From contig CM052818.1 in the NCBI GenBank assembly GCA_028534125.1, forward strand, positions 13,146,001 to 13,210,000: DNA of 64,000 nt, read 5' to 3'. This document shows, one piece after another, positions 51,266 to 63,680 of the stretch. The notes under the pieces were generated by a model. The model did no database searches. It was not told where the DNA came from and saw only the letters and a list, made by a program, of their open reading frames with translations. Origin of the DNA: Lama glama (Eukaryota). Position 1 is the stretch's first letter, and every line of letters begins with the position of its first letter. Position numbers and translations under genes: made by a program.

Positions 51266-52509
51266 CATCATTACCCCTTAGTGCTCGCGAGGGGAAACCT
51301 GAGATCTCAGCTCTGCTCTGCACCATGTCCTTTAAAAAAAAGCGTCTCTTCATCTCTCAGCAACCCAGTCATTTCTGTGATTCTGAAATGGAACAGATCT
51401 ACCTTATCAGTCACAGTGAGAGCTCGCAGACTGATAAGTTGTGTGGGAAGAGCGCCGGTGTCCAAATTACTGAGGCATCACAATTCTGACAATCTAGGTA
51501 AGGGCACTCAGACCACCAACAAACTTCGCAACAAGCCTACAGAAGGTTCTGGAAAAGGCCTTCAGGGACTCTGACCTCTGACAGGGGAGGGAGGTTAAAC
51601 CAATACATAGTCATCATAAACACACAACCATTAAAATACACCAAGAAGATGGGGCAGGTCCCAGTGTGTCAGACAATGGGTAGGGTTAGTTCCAGGAAGG
51701 CTTCCTGAAGAAAGAAGGCCTGTGAACTGTAATTTTTTGGAAGTAAACAATGAAAAGAAAAAACAAAAAAACAAAAAAGAACATCCCTCCACACATAAAG
51801 GGTAGGCAGGGCAAATCTTTAGACCATGAGCCTGAGTTCCAGCCAAAGCGTCTACACAGCTCAGATGGACAAACATCAATTCCTTCTTAAAAGACAAATA
51901 CAAGGAAGATATCATTGCCATGCTATGTTTTCTTCCCCTTCCAGGCTATTTTCCCCCAAATAATGAAATCATTTTAATAAAAAAATGAGTAACAAAACTC
52001 TGAACTATTTTTAAAATCTGAAAACATTGTATCTCTTCTTCTGTTGCCAAGCAACACACGTTGGCTATGATACAATCTGAGACCTTGATTAACATGCTTA
52101 GTTGTATAGCAGGATATAGAAACAGGAGATCTTGATTGCAGAATGAAGTTTTTTAAAAAATAAATAAATGAAAGAAAAGAAAGGAAGTAGGACTCGTATC
52201 AGATCATTGCATTTTTACACTGGAATGAGCAAGCCATGAATTCCTCAATTTCAGAAAACTCAGTGTACAGAACTAATAGTAAAGGAGGATTCTATACAGC
52301 AACTCAAACTGCTGCAGCCATGTAAAAACAGTCATGCTACTGTTACCACATTAGCTATAATCTTGTGTTTTCAGTTACTGGGTGGCCTTTTGTTAGCTTT
52401 TACACCTTTCAGAGCTAGAATTTCCCTACCTGATGGTAACTGACGGTAATCAAAGCAAAATGAGTACAGTTCCCGCCCTCATGAAACCCAGCCTAGAGGG
52501 GCATCCCGG

Positions 52510-52640
52510 GCTTATCATCCTTGTTTTATGGAGGAGGAAATTAAGTAACTTCCCCACAGAGCTAGTCAGTGGTAGGCCTGGAACTGTAACTCAAATCTGT
52601 TTGACTCCAAAGCCTAGAGTCTTAACTTCAGTTCACTGCA
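52510..52640 (-). mobile_element. MIR SINE fragment
   Basis: 'ttatcatccttgttttatggaggaggaaattaag...ctcaaatctgtttgactccaaagcc'. Confidence 0.75.
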
Positions 52641-52764
52641 CGTGCCCAGACTTGAGAGGTGACAATTCCATCGTACCCTGCAATGATATCACACCTGGAA
52701 AAAGGTATTCAGTTCTGTATTACTCATTTTAGGAGGAGCCTTGAGTTCCTCTAGATACATTCTA

Positions 52765-53180
52765 GTGACAAATCAGGATAATGGAATATCTGGAAAATGT
52801 ATCAGGAATATTCTCCAGGTTGTTTAACCAGGAAAGAAGATTTAGTTGGAAATGTGATAAGCATCTACAGAAAGATGTTTTTTACACAGAAAAAGTATGA
52901 GATTTACCCTATAAAGCCTTCAGACAACACTAGAACCAAAGAGACAAAATAATGGGGGAAGGATAGCAAGAGGCAGATTTCAGTTCAACAAAAAGAGCTT
53001 TTTTGACACAAAATAGGTCAGAAATTGATTACAGGTGGGTTTAATACAAAATAAGTTCCCAGAAACTAAAATTCCCCAAGTCGAGAATGGCCAATAAACC
53101 ATGGATGGTGATATGAATGGTATATATGAACTGAAGGTTGGACCAAATAGTTTCTAAGAATCCATCCACTTCCTCATTCT
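52765..53180 (+). mobile_element. L3/CR1 LINE 3' fragment
   Basis: 'ttgtttaaccaggaaagaag...gaggcagatttcagttcaac...gaaggttggaccaaatagtttctaagaatccatcc...attct', the typical L3 3' end. Confidence 0.65.
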
Positions 53181-53517
53181 AGAAAAAAACCATATCCTTT
53201 ACTTTCTGACACATACATACACACAAAATTCAAGCAGCTAGACAGATTTCTATGCGTAAAAGAAAAAAGCTCTACTTTTACTATTATTGTTAACTTTTTT
53301 TTAAATTACGTTGACAACATCAAGGAGAAAAACAATTAGGTGCCTATTTATCTTTAACAACTTCCTTTAACGCTTGCTAAAAAAACCAAAACAACAGTAA
53401 CAGCCCAAAAATAGCAGGAGCAGGCTGAAGCCAACACAAGACCTAGGAATCGAAGACGAATTCTCTTCTGGCAAATCTAAAACGCTTCAAGTTCTGACAA
53501 AATACGCAATCCTATCA

Positions 53518-53617
53518 CAGGACCGCTGAGCATAATTGTACGTTTTATAGTCCGTGTGAATCGCACGTCCTGGAGTTGTTCAACGCATGATTTGCCATGC
53601 CATATGCCCCAACCCTG
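53518..53617. mobile_element. MER91-type hAT-Tip100 MITE
   Basis: Ends caggaccgc / aaccctg; core 'tatagtccgtgtgaatcgcacgtcctggagttgttcaa' resembles MER91. Confidence 0.6.
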
Positions 53618-54244
53618 CATATCCTTCATAAACCAAAAGAACATGACTTGACCCCCTTCTAATTAGAGATGTACTGAGTTCCATTTCCTCCAATTCCACT
53701 GGTGCCCACGGACTCGTAAGCTAAATTTACCTTTTCACCAGCCCCTGATGGTAGAAGATGGTACACATTTATAAGAACGGCTAACACAGTGATCACGTTA
53801 ATGATCCTGATCTTGCTGGCCCACTGCTCCAAGTCAATAACCTAAGCAAGCATCTTGTCTGGCTATAACCAAAAACAAAAAATGAAAACAGCTCACCACT
53901 AATAAAAACAATAATAATTTCTTTTAAAAAGCTCTCATTACTATTCTGACCTTGGAAACTTTTTTATAAACCAGCTACAGAAGACAGAATTTTTCTTTTT
54001 TAATAATTTTTCTTTTTCAGCCATTCCTTGACTTGCAGTTAAGGCCTGGTAATATAAAATTGCTTCATGTTTCTCACATACACAGTATTATTTAACTCTC
54101 TGCCTTCTTGTTATCTTAGATCTGCTGCTGAGAGCAGAGGGTACAGCTGCTGCGAAGGAGACGCCTATGGAGTTGAAGATCTGAAACCATTACAGAGGGG
54201 AGCTAAAAAAGATGTTAACTGAGTCCAGTAGATTTTTTTAAATG

Positions 54245-55965
54245 CCTGATTTGCAGGTGATATGACCTTACATATAGAAAATTCTAAGGAATCCATTAAA
54301 CTATCAAAACTGATACATGAATTCAGCAATACTGCAGGATACAGAAATCAAATTCTATTTCTATACACTAGCAATAAACAATCAAAAATGAAATTAAGAA
54401 AAAACAATTCTATTTCCAAGGGCATCAAAAAGAATAAAGCACATGTAAATAAATTTAATAGCAGAAGTGTAAGACCCATACACTGAAAACTCCAAAACAT
54501 CATTGAAAGACATTAAAGATCTAAGTAAATGGAAAGACATCCCATGTTAATGAACCAGAAGACCTGATAACTGTTAAACTGACAATATTCCCCAAATTGA
54601 TCTACTGAGTCCATGCAATCCCTATCATAGTCTTAGATGCCTTTTTTGAAATAATTAACAAACTGACACTAAAACACATACGGAAATTCAAGGGATCTAG
54701 AACAGCCAAAATAATCTTAGGGGGAAAAAAGTTGTATGATTCATATTTCTGATTTCAAAACTTAGTACAGAGCTGTAGTAATCAAGACAATGTGGTACTG
54801 GTATAAGGAGAGAGATCAATGAAAGAGAACTGTGAGACAAAATAAACCCTTAGATTTATGGTCAATGATTTCTGACACAGGTCCCAAATCCATTCAAGGG
54901 AAATAATCTTCAACAAATGGTGCTGAAACAACTGAATATCCACATGCAAAGCAATGAATCTGGACCCCCTACTCACACCATGTACAAAGATAAACACAAA
55001 ATGGATCATAGACCTAAATATAAGAGCAGAAACAGTAAGACTCCTGGAAAAAAAAAAAAGGTGTAAATCTTCACAAGCTTAGGTTAAGCAGTGGTTTCTT
55101 AGACATGACACCAGAAGAACAAGCAACAAAAGAATAAATTGGACTTCATCAAAATGAACAACTTTTGTGCTTCAAAGGACACTGTCAAGGAAAAGAAAAT
55201 CTACAGAATGGGGGGAAATATTCATGAATCTGATGATTGTATGTATACCAGATAAAGGACTTGTATCTAAAATATATAAAGAGCATTTACAACTCAATAA
55301 AAATATACATAAAGAATGTTTACAACTAAATAATAAAAAGACAAACTTTAAAATGGGCAAAAGATTTGAATAGACATTTCACCAAAGACTACATACAAAT
55401 GGTCAATAAGCACATGAAAAGATGCTCAACATCATTAGTTATCAAGGAAATAAATATCAAAACTGAGATACTACTTCATATCTACTAGGATAATTATAAT
55501 AAAAAAGACATAATAACAAGCTTTGGCAAACTTGTGGAGAATTGGAACCTTCGTACATTGCTAGTGTCCATCAACTGATGAACAGATCAAAAACATGGAA
55601 TATGCATACAATGATGCATTATTCAGCAATAAAAAGGAATACTATACTGATACATGCTAATAGATAAATCTTTAAATCATTATGTTCAATGAATGAAGGC
55701 AGTCACAAAAAATATTATATGATTCCATTCATATAAAATCCATTAAAGCAAATCTACAGCAACAAAGTGTATTATGATTTCTGTGGGACTGTAGGGGGAA
55801 GATGGGCATGGACTACTGTGCTCGTGGGGTTAAACACAAATTCTTTTGGGGAAATTAAAATGTTCTAAAGTTGTCTGCAGTGATGGTTGTACAACTGAAT
55901 ATACTAAAAGTCACTGAACTGTACACTTCAAACAGGTGAATTTTGTGATATAGTTCAAATCTCTT
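54245..55965 (+). mobile_element. 5'-truncated L1 (L1MB-type), ORF2 RT to 3' UTR
   Basis: Starts at the decayed FADD motif 'tttgcaggtgatatgacc'; ORF 'LSKLIHEFSNTAGY...FLYTSNKQS'; 3' end 'gtcactgaactgtacacttcaaacaggtgaatttt'. Confidence 0.92.
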
Positions 55966-56463
55966 AAAGACATGAAATGGAAAAGAAGAGGTAAGGGGGA
56001 TAGGGAGGGAGAAGGGGGAAGTTGGGGAGGAATGGAGAAGGGAGGGAGGAGAGAGAAACAAAAGGCACCACTAGACAGCTGAAGCAGATTCAAGAATATT
56101 ATTTAGGGAAATGGAAAAAGACCCATCTCATCACATCTTTGGCAAATCCCGGATATAGCCATTCCGGATACTTGTGCGGCTAGACTTTGGGGCAGCAACA
56201 GTGACAGAATAACGCAGTCGTGAGCACTTCTAGCTGACGAGATATGGAAGTAAATTCCCCTTTGGACTTCTGCTGAGGCTACTGGCTAAGAATATCAGAT
56301 TTTAATTTGTGGTCCACTTTTTTTCATCTTTGATATAAGTAGCTGTCTTTTAAAATGGTAATCATCGCATCAAAGATGGAAGCAGTGATTTCAACTTTTA
56401 TTTTCAGTGAATAAGACTGAGACAGAACTATTGAGGGTCATTCATTTTTCACGACTGTTAGAG

Positions 56464-56679
56464 CAATGGTTGACAAACTATGGCCCGGAGGCTAAATTCA
56501 ATCTGCTACTTGCGTTTGTAAATAAAGTTTTAATGGAACGGAGCTATGCCCATTCATTTACATACTGTCCATGACTACTTTTGTACAGAGCTGAGTAGTT
56601 GTAACAGAGACCTGAGCGACCTGCAAAGTCTAAACTATTTACTCTCTGGCCGTTTGTAGAAAAAGTCTGCTGATTCCTG
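56464..56679. mobile_element. MER58A-type hAT-Charlie MITE
   Basis: 'caatggttgacaaactatggccc...gtttgtaaataaagttttaatggaac...gagctgagtagttgtaacagagacc...tctgctgattcctg'. Confidence 0.85.
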
Positions 56680-56714
56680 CTCAAGAGCAATACAACTAAT
56701 TAGACTTTTTAACA

Positions 56715-57185
56715 AGTAATTTATACATCCAAATTAACAGTTTCCTCTTCAAAACATTGACCTCATTAAATGGTTTATATTTATTTCAGTGATGCCACCA
56801 CTGCTTAATGCTTTTTTGAAACTCCCCTTTTGAGTAGCCTTTTAAGACCTGAAAATACACTCTTTTCAATATCCTAGCAATGGAAAACCAAGGTAAGTAG
56901 CTATTTGAAATCAAGATGGAGATAGCAAATCAACATAGGTAAAACTATCATTGGTTTAAAATCTGGTATGACTATGAAAGTAATTCAGCTGGCATTGCCA
57001 TGAAGCACATAAATTGTCTTCAAAAGCAATTTCAAATGAGTTCCAAAGATGATTTGAGTAAAGATGGCTTCTTTTGAGTAATTGGTGAACCTCCCACTGT
57101 CATATTTTGAAAATGAAAGTTCATTTGGATATATAAATTCTGGTATATTGGTTAAATCTGTCTCTTTACCCGCCAGTCACATCTC
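56715..57185. mobile_element. MARNA-type mariner-derived MITE (long inverted arms)
   Basis: Inverted arms 56718-56754 vs 57105-57139; 'gatgccaccactgcttaatgcttttttgaaactccccttttgagtagcc' resembles MARNA. Confidence 0.65.
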
Positions 57186-59289
57186 TTACCAGGGGCTTAG
57201 GATACATTTATTATCAGTGGGTGGGAAAACGTGTCTGATATGCCCCTGAATAGTATGTGCCAAGAAAACAGATTTACAAAGACAGTAACTCTCTATGGTT
57301 CAATTATCCTTGATGAGCTCTTTGATGGCTTGCACATCTCCTTCCTTGCTTAGGTCCAGAAATTCATCCTTCTATAAAAGAGAAGCATTCCAGGCCAGTG
57401 GTTCCAACAGAGACTACTCCTCTTTGCATGACTGCACATAAAAAGGGGGTCCTCGCATTTCAAAACCTTCCCAAGTCTCTTGCCTAAGATATGGTCTAAC
57501 AGGGGTTCTCCCATTAATTTCATAAGCTGAGAATCATTTCTCAAAGGATAAGTATAGGCAAAGACCATTTCTCAGACTCTGTACTGTAATACTCACAAAA
57601 GCCAATGCAAAATACATCACCTAGATTTTCTAGTTTTGCTTTCTTCTTTCAAGTGTAGTGAGAACTTTATACTTTAAAATTTAAAAATGGAGTGAGAAAT
57701 CTGTTATCCAGCAAAATCTTTCTAAATTTTTATGATTGTTTCCAAATATTTTACCATTTTCTTGCCCAGTCTCTAATGTGACAGTTTTTGTTAAATGACT
57801 TACCCTTTACCAAATCTTTCCATAGCATTTGATTTACCTTTCACAGAAAAATAACTCTCATTTTACAGCTATAGTTCACCAATCTATGTAATATTTTAAT
57901 CAAATTTCAAGACCGCAACAACAAATGCAACCAACAATAAACAGGTTTGGGAATACATACAACTAACTCCTGGTAAGCAAACAGTTCAACTCGTGGGAGA
58001 AGCGCCCACGTGTACTAGAGAGTATCCTTCTACTGCAAATTCTGTGGACACCAGTCAGTACAGAAAACAATGGAAATAATCAGTGTGTTAAGTAGTAGAA
58101 GTGGAAGTTAGTTAAGTGCAAATCTCCTACACTGTAAGTGTGCGTGCGTTGCACAACTTCATGAAGCTGATAGTTTGAAAGGCCTTGAACATAGGCTGAT
58201 TCTGAGTAGCCATCTATGAACCCAAACCTACCTAAGACTTTTCTATGAAACAATCTGTGGTTCATCTCTTATTCATAAGCCAGTGCTTGTTATTTGTGTA
58301 CCAGGAAATACCAAGAAAAATTTTTGGAACCAGAAAAGCAGAGAACCACAGAAAACATGAAGAGAATCAGGACCTTAAATATGGATGTTTTCACAAAATG
58401 GAAATTTGTTTAAAAAAAAAGAAAAGAGGAAGATGTAGTCCAATCCAGTGGGGAGGACGTCAGAGGTAGGGAAGGCAGGGGTGGCGAAGGCTTTGGTGGA
58501 GAAAGCCGTATTAGAGCCAATCACAAGACCCTACATCCTTGTCCACCCATATATTTCTTTCCTTCTAAATCCATGGAAAATTTTATTACATGCTATTTTT
58601 GGCAGCCAGCAGACAAAAGAGAAGAGGGTATCAATGGAGACCAGCTTTTATTGCTATTCTGTTAGGTAAAGCCAATGTAACAGCTTTTAGACAATCCATT
58701 TGTGGTCTGTCCTGTCATTAAGCACACTGACATTTCTGAAGAATGATCTTCTGGAATGCCACTTAGCTATCGAGAAGAAATGAGCAAGTATAAGCTCCCT
58801 TCTCAGAAATGTCCGACCTGCTAAACCATCTGCAATGAAAAGAATATTAAATGATAGAGTTTCTGGAAAACAAAGCACCACTCCCTCTATGTGTTTTTTT
58901 TTTGTCCTAGTTTATTCCTTGAAATTATATTTGTCTTTCTTCAGAATCATTATTATAAAGGTAAGCAGTCTTCAAAAGCTTAGTGATAGCTTACTGACTT
59001 GCTATAAATAATCACATCCTATTCTATCAGTCAATAGTTTAGTATTTTGTCTTCCTATTCTACGAGCTTGGTTTCATAAAAACAAAATCCCTAAAATATG
59101 TATTCAGCATGGGGAAGGTATCTGATATAGTAGCCTTTTAAGGGAAAAATACAATGGTGGCGCGATGGGGTTTTTGGTTAAATAGAAAACAAAATCAAAA
59201 GGGACTACAGAGGGAATATTTGTTCCTATACTGACAAGAAAGGCTCTTCCGAGAACACTTAACACCTCAGAATTCTCCGAGTATGTCCT

Positions 59290-59600
59290 GACTTCAGAAC
59301 ATTGTGCTTTTCTACATACTGTTCCCTGTACTCCACTGGCCTTCATCTTCTCTATCCAACAAATCTCAGAATCTTTAACCTTTAGAATTAACCTCAGTGA
59401 AGTTCTCCTTCTTCCCCACACGGCTGATACTCCCTCAGGGCACCACACTTTTGTCTGTCCCATTTAACAGACTATTGGGGTAGTTCAGTCCCATGAAAAA
59501 AGGAACAAAGTCTTACCCTCAGTTTTACCTACTCCATGTCTAGCATGAAGCCTGATACATAACAAACATTAAAAACATATTTATAAAATGGATGAAACAG
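59290..59600 (+). mobile_element. LINE-2 3' fragment
   Basis: 'ttgtgcttttctacatactgttccct...ctccatgtctagcatgaagcctgatacataacaaacattaaaaacatatttataaaatggatgaa'. Confidence 0.65.
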
Positions 59601-60241
59601 AAAAAAGGAAATGTTTGCTAATAGAGGGCAAAACAAAGATACTGTTCTAAAGGAATGGAAGAATATTAAGCAGACACTTTCTCTGGTAAATGGTGTTATA
59701 CACAAGAACCTCAGAGCAGAGCAGGTGAACAGCCAGGCGTGAGGCTGAGGTTGGGGAGTGAAACTTGGGAAGGAAGTAGGATGGAGGGCATTCCAGACAA
59801 AGGAAAGCAGCAAAGGCACAAAAATACTGAAGAGTTGGAAGGGCAAGAAGAAGGTGGAATCTGTGGAAGAGTTTATGAGTAGTTCGTTATTGCAGCATGT
59901 GAAGCAGGGGGTGGTCAAAAAAGAAGCTAGACAATTTAAATGGGTACATTTTATTGTATGTAAATGACACCTCAAAAGATGATTTTAAAATGCAAGATCC
60001 TGGAGTATTTTTAATGCCATCCTTATTGTTCCAAGGGTATACTCTAACACTGCATTTAGTTATTTCTCCATATAGCTGGTAGAGCTTTTCCCCACAATTA
60101 TTCTACAGGGATCCCTGAGGGAAGAGACTGTATCATTCAACATAATGTCATTAACCTTCATTTCCTTAACATCTAACACAAGGCATGGCACTTGCTACTC
60201 TATTGTATTGCTGTTGGCGGGGGACCTAAGGGACCAGAAAA

Positions 60242-60330
60242 ATGTGCACGCGTGCGCACGTGTGTGTGTGTGAGAGAGAGTGTGAAAGTGTGAGAGAGTA
60301 AGTGTGCGTATGTGTGTGAGTGTGTGTACA
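60242..60330. repeat. (GT)/(GA) simple repeat with CpG-containing alternating purine-pyrimidine head
   Basis: atgtgcacgcgtgcgcacgtgtgtgtgtgtgagagagagtgtg... Confidence 0.9.
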
Positions 60331-60789
60331 GGAACATACACATAAAGTCAGTGTGAAAGCAAACGACAGTCTAAACAAAATTCAAAGGCACCCCCGCATT
60401 ACTACCCACCTCTTCGGCATAACGACGCTCAAGACTGCCCTAGTTAATACAGTACAAAATGGAGGATTCAGAGCTTCACAGTTTGAGAGACAACATCTCA
60501 TAAATTAAATATGTAAATAGTACGTAATTAGAACACCTTCGCAGATAAAAGCATTTTTCAGTTCAGTGATATATTTATGTCTACCTTCCCTCCCCTCCTA
60601 CCGATGGTCCTCCCTAAACCTCCTGAGAAGTGAATTTTTAATGATTCAAGAGGTTAAATGCTATCTCCAAAAAAATGTAATATTAAAATTCTATGAAAAA
60701 CAAAAAATTTTTTAAAGAAATCTTTGAGAACAAGATAGCTTCCCCAGTTTCTTCTTGCTCAGTCTCTTCAGCAAGTCAGCATCACAGAA

Positions 60790-61190
60790 AAAAAAGGGCT
60801 GTGCTAGATGCAAGAAACATAAGGGACATGGTAATTAGATGCGAAGAGTGAACTGGGATAGAATCCAGGCTGGACCAAAAATTTTAAAGGGTATTTTGGG
60901 GACTGCTAAATTTTGAACATGGACTACGTAATATGTAATATGTAAATTTACTGACAGGAAAAGCTGGTGATCACTAACAGGAAAAAAAGCAGATTACAAA
61001 ATAGCATGTAGAGTAGGATCTTCTGGGGTTAAAAAAAAATGCACACAGAAATGGATACAAAAAAATGTACAGAGTATTAACAATGTAATCTCTAGTGGTG
61101 AGAAGATGGTATTTATTTTCTTCTATTTTCTATTTTTATATAATGTACATCTATTGTTATTATAATAAGTTATTTTTAATTTTAAAAAGT
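60790..61190 (+). mobile_element. L1MC-type 3' UTR fragment
   Basis: 'gggctgtgctagat...aagggacatggtaattagatgc...gggtattttggggactgctaaattttgaacatggact'. Confidence 0.6.
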
Positions 61191-62366
61191 AGGTAACTTA
61201 GCTTCTTTAACAAGCATAGTTTTGCTTTAAAATACCTTGGATTACTATATTAAGACTACAGGTTCCATTTTTGTTTGTTTTTAAACTCTTCTTTCTCACC
61301 AAGATATTTAGCACTGCATCCACAGTCACAATGTATAATATATTTGCTGAAATTACTTACAGAGCATTTTGACTAAGGAAAATTTTACACTGAAGTTCAT
61401 TCTTTTTTGCTGCTTTTGTTTTGGTTTCTGAGCAAGATTTTTCACACAAGATGTTGTATCAGACAAGATGCCATATGTCTTCAAAACTCAGCAGGAACAA
61501 CTCAAGAGTCTGTAAAACAGACTTAATGATGCTTTTCCATAAATTGACTTCCCTATGATCCTTAAAATATGCACATATTTTAAGAAACCAATAATCAGGC
61601 AAACCTAATTAAGAAAGATAATTATGACTAACCAAAAAGGTTGGCAAATCACATTCAGAGATGTATATTCAGATGTTTGCTATGATTTTCATATTCAATA
61701 AATATAATCCTTGGATAATCAAGATACATTACATTAAGCTTTTAGAAAGAACATCATTATTTTAAGCATTTTGCTTTTATTCCATATAGAATTTTTTTTC
61801 CCTTCCATTCTAGATGTTTATGTCTTTGGGAAGAAAACACCTTACAAATGCTGGCTCTCTACCTGGCATTAACACATCAGGATAAAAAAGTGAAAATTAA
61901 TTACCCACCTATTTTATCTGACACCAAACATTCACGTATTTTAAAGCATCAAAAAGATATGTCACGACATCCAGTTAAAAAGAAAAAAAGGCTAAGTAAA
62001 GGAATGCTCCTCCTTCAAAACCAACCCAAAAATTAAACATAGAAGAAACTTCTTTAGAACAAGGACACAGTGACAACTCCACAACGGAAACTATGAAGCA
62101 CACCTCGACAACAGAGGTCACTACCCACACCTCCCCCCACATCAGTGGAAGCAGGTTTCCCAAAAGCCCGAGTCAGACTAGACCTCCAGTGGGAGGAAGC
62201 CTGTCCAGTGACGCGGGCAACTAGGTGGAGAGGTTTGTGTCTGAGGATGGAGGGACTGGGAACTGGGAGGGGTATAGGGAATATATCTAGAGGCAAATAA
62301 GATGCAGAACAAGCCACAGAATGTCATGAGAGATCCAGTCAGAACAGAAATCTCCCTCTAAAAAAA

Positions 62367-62516
62367 TTGATTATATTTTTATTTTATTTATTTTTTGAAG
62401 GAGGGAGGTAATTATGTTTATTTATTGACTTATTTTTTTAAGAGAAGTAATGGGGATTGAACCCAGGACCTCATGCATGTTAAGCATGCACTCTACCACT
62501 GAGCTATACCCTCCCC
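62367..62516 (-). mobile_element. Camelid tRNA-Ala-derived SINE (Vic-1 type)
   Basis: Minus strand: GGGGAGGGTATAGCTCAGTGGTAGAGTGCATGCTTAACATGCATGAGGTCCTGGGTTCAATCCCCATTACTTCTCTTAAAAAAATAAG...AAACATAATTACCTCCC plus A-rich tail; A and B boxes visible. Confidence 0.9.
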
Positions 62517-62789
62517 TCAGAAACCCCTTTTTTCACATGTGTTTGTTACCTCTGATCTAACCTTAGAGGAAGATTATCAGTGGAAACATAGCCAGCCCAG
62601 GAGACCACACAGCCTCTTACTTTCGTGGCATATTTCCCCATGTCTGCAGAGAAATTTTAGATTCAAAAGCTCATAAAAAATAATTTCAAAAAATAAGATG
62701 GCAAAGTCCAAATAAAAACATGAAAGAGAAATTAAAACATTACTGATAATTGGTGTTTTGGAAGAAGAGAAAAGAACTAATGCAGAAAT

Positions 62790-63570
62790 ATATGCCCAAA
62801 TATAATAGGCCTCATTGGTGTTCAGAAAGGAACAAAAGAACACCTAAGTGAAATACTAGATTTCATTGATAAATTTGAAGTCATACAACACACACAAATA
62901 GCAATTACTGGTGAGCTTATAGAGCAATTAGGAGTTTCATCACTGCTGGTGAGAATCTAACTAGAAATATCCACTCTGGAACAAATGGCATTATGTGGTA
63001 AAGCTAAAGACAGACACACTTCATCACTCAGCACTGCCACTCCAAAGTATATACCCAACAATGAGACACACGCTTACGCTTACGTGCACCAGTATACACA
63101 AATAAAGACATTCACGGCGGCTTTTCTCATAACTGCCAAAAACCAGTAAAGTCCTTAAGCCCATTAATAGAAGAATGAATGCACATTCTGTGGAATATTC
63201 ATGCAGTGGACTATTACACAGCAGGGTTCAGCAAACCTCTCCTGTGAAGTGCTAAACAGTAAACATTTTCCACTTTGAGGACCTACGGTCTCTATTGCAA
63301 CTACTCAACTTTGCCGTGGAAGCACAAAAGCAGCCCATAGACACTATAAATGGACTGCCAGGTTCCAACCAAACTTTATTTATGGACAATCAAATCTTCA
63401 TGTCATAATTGTCACATCACAAAACACTTTTCTTTAGATCTTTTTAAATCACCAAAATATTTTTAAACCATTCTCAGCTTGCAAGTAATAAACACAGGCA
63501 GCTGGCTAGACACAGCCTGCAGGTCAGGGTTTAGCAACCCCGGCTATACAGCACTAAAAATGTACAAAGC
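62790..63570 (+). mobile_element. Old L1 (L1ME-type) ORF2 3' fragment, interrupted by MER58B
   Basis: 'cactgctggtgagaatctaact...tccactctgga...tgtggaatattcatgcagtggactattacacag|cactaaaaatg'. Confidence 0.75.
63222..63543. mobile_element. MER58B-type MITE with 8-bp TSD
   Basis: TIRs cagggttcagcaaac / gtttagcaaccccgg; flanks ttacacag (63214-63221) and ctatacag (63544-63551). Confidence 0.85.
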
Positions 63571-63584
63571 ACAACCACTTGCAC

Positions 63585-63680
63585 TTTGAGGTTGAAAGTC
63601 CAGACTCTAGGCTCTCTCTGCCTGAGTTTGAATTCAGGTCTACCTTTGGCCAGTAAATTAAGTTCAACTGTTAACCATGA
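63585..63680 (+). mobile_element. MIR SINE 5' fragment
   Basis: 'ggttgaaagtccagactctaggct...ctgcctgagtttgaattcaggtctacc'. Confidence 0.55.

Noticed and set aside
62440..62516. tRNA-Ala/Val gene
   Set aside because: tRNA-like head lacks a proper acceptor stem and is followed by a SINE body and A-rich tail; it is a SINE.
62621..62643. 23-nt minus-strand micro-exon (tttctctgcag|ACATGGGGAAATATGCCACGAAA|gtaaga)
   Set aside because: Plausible splice sites, but no recognisable peptide and such hits are expected by chance in 64 kb. Similar unsupported hits occur near 22240-22272, 31116-31138 and 48347-48368.
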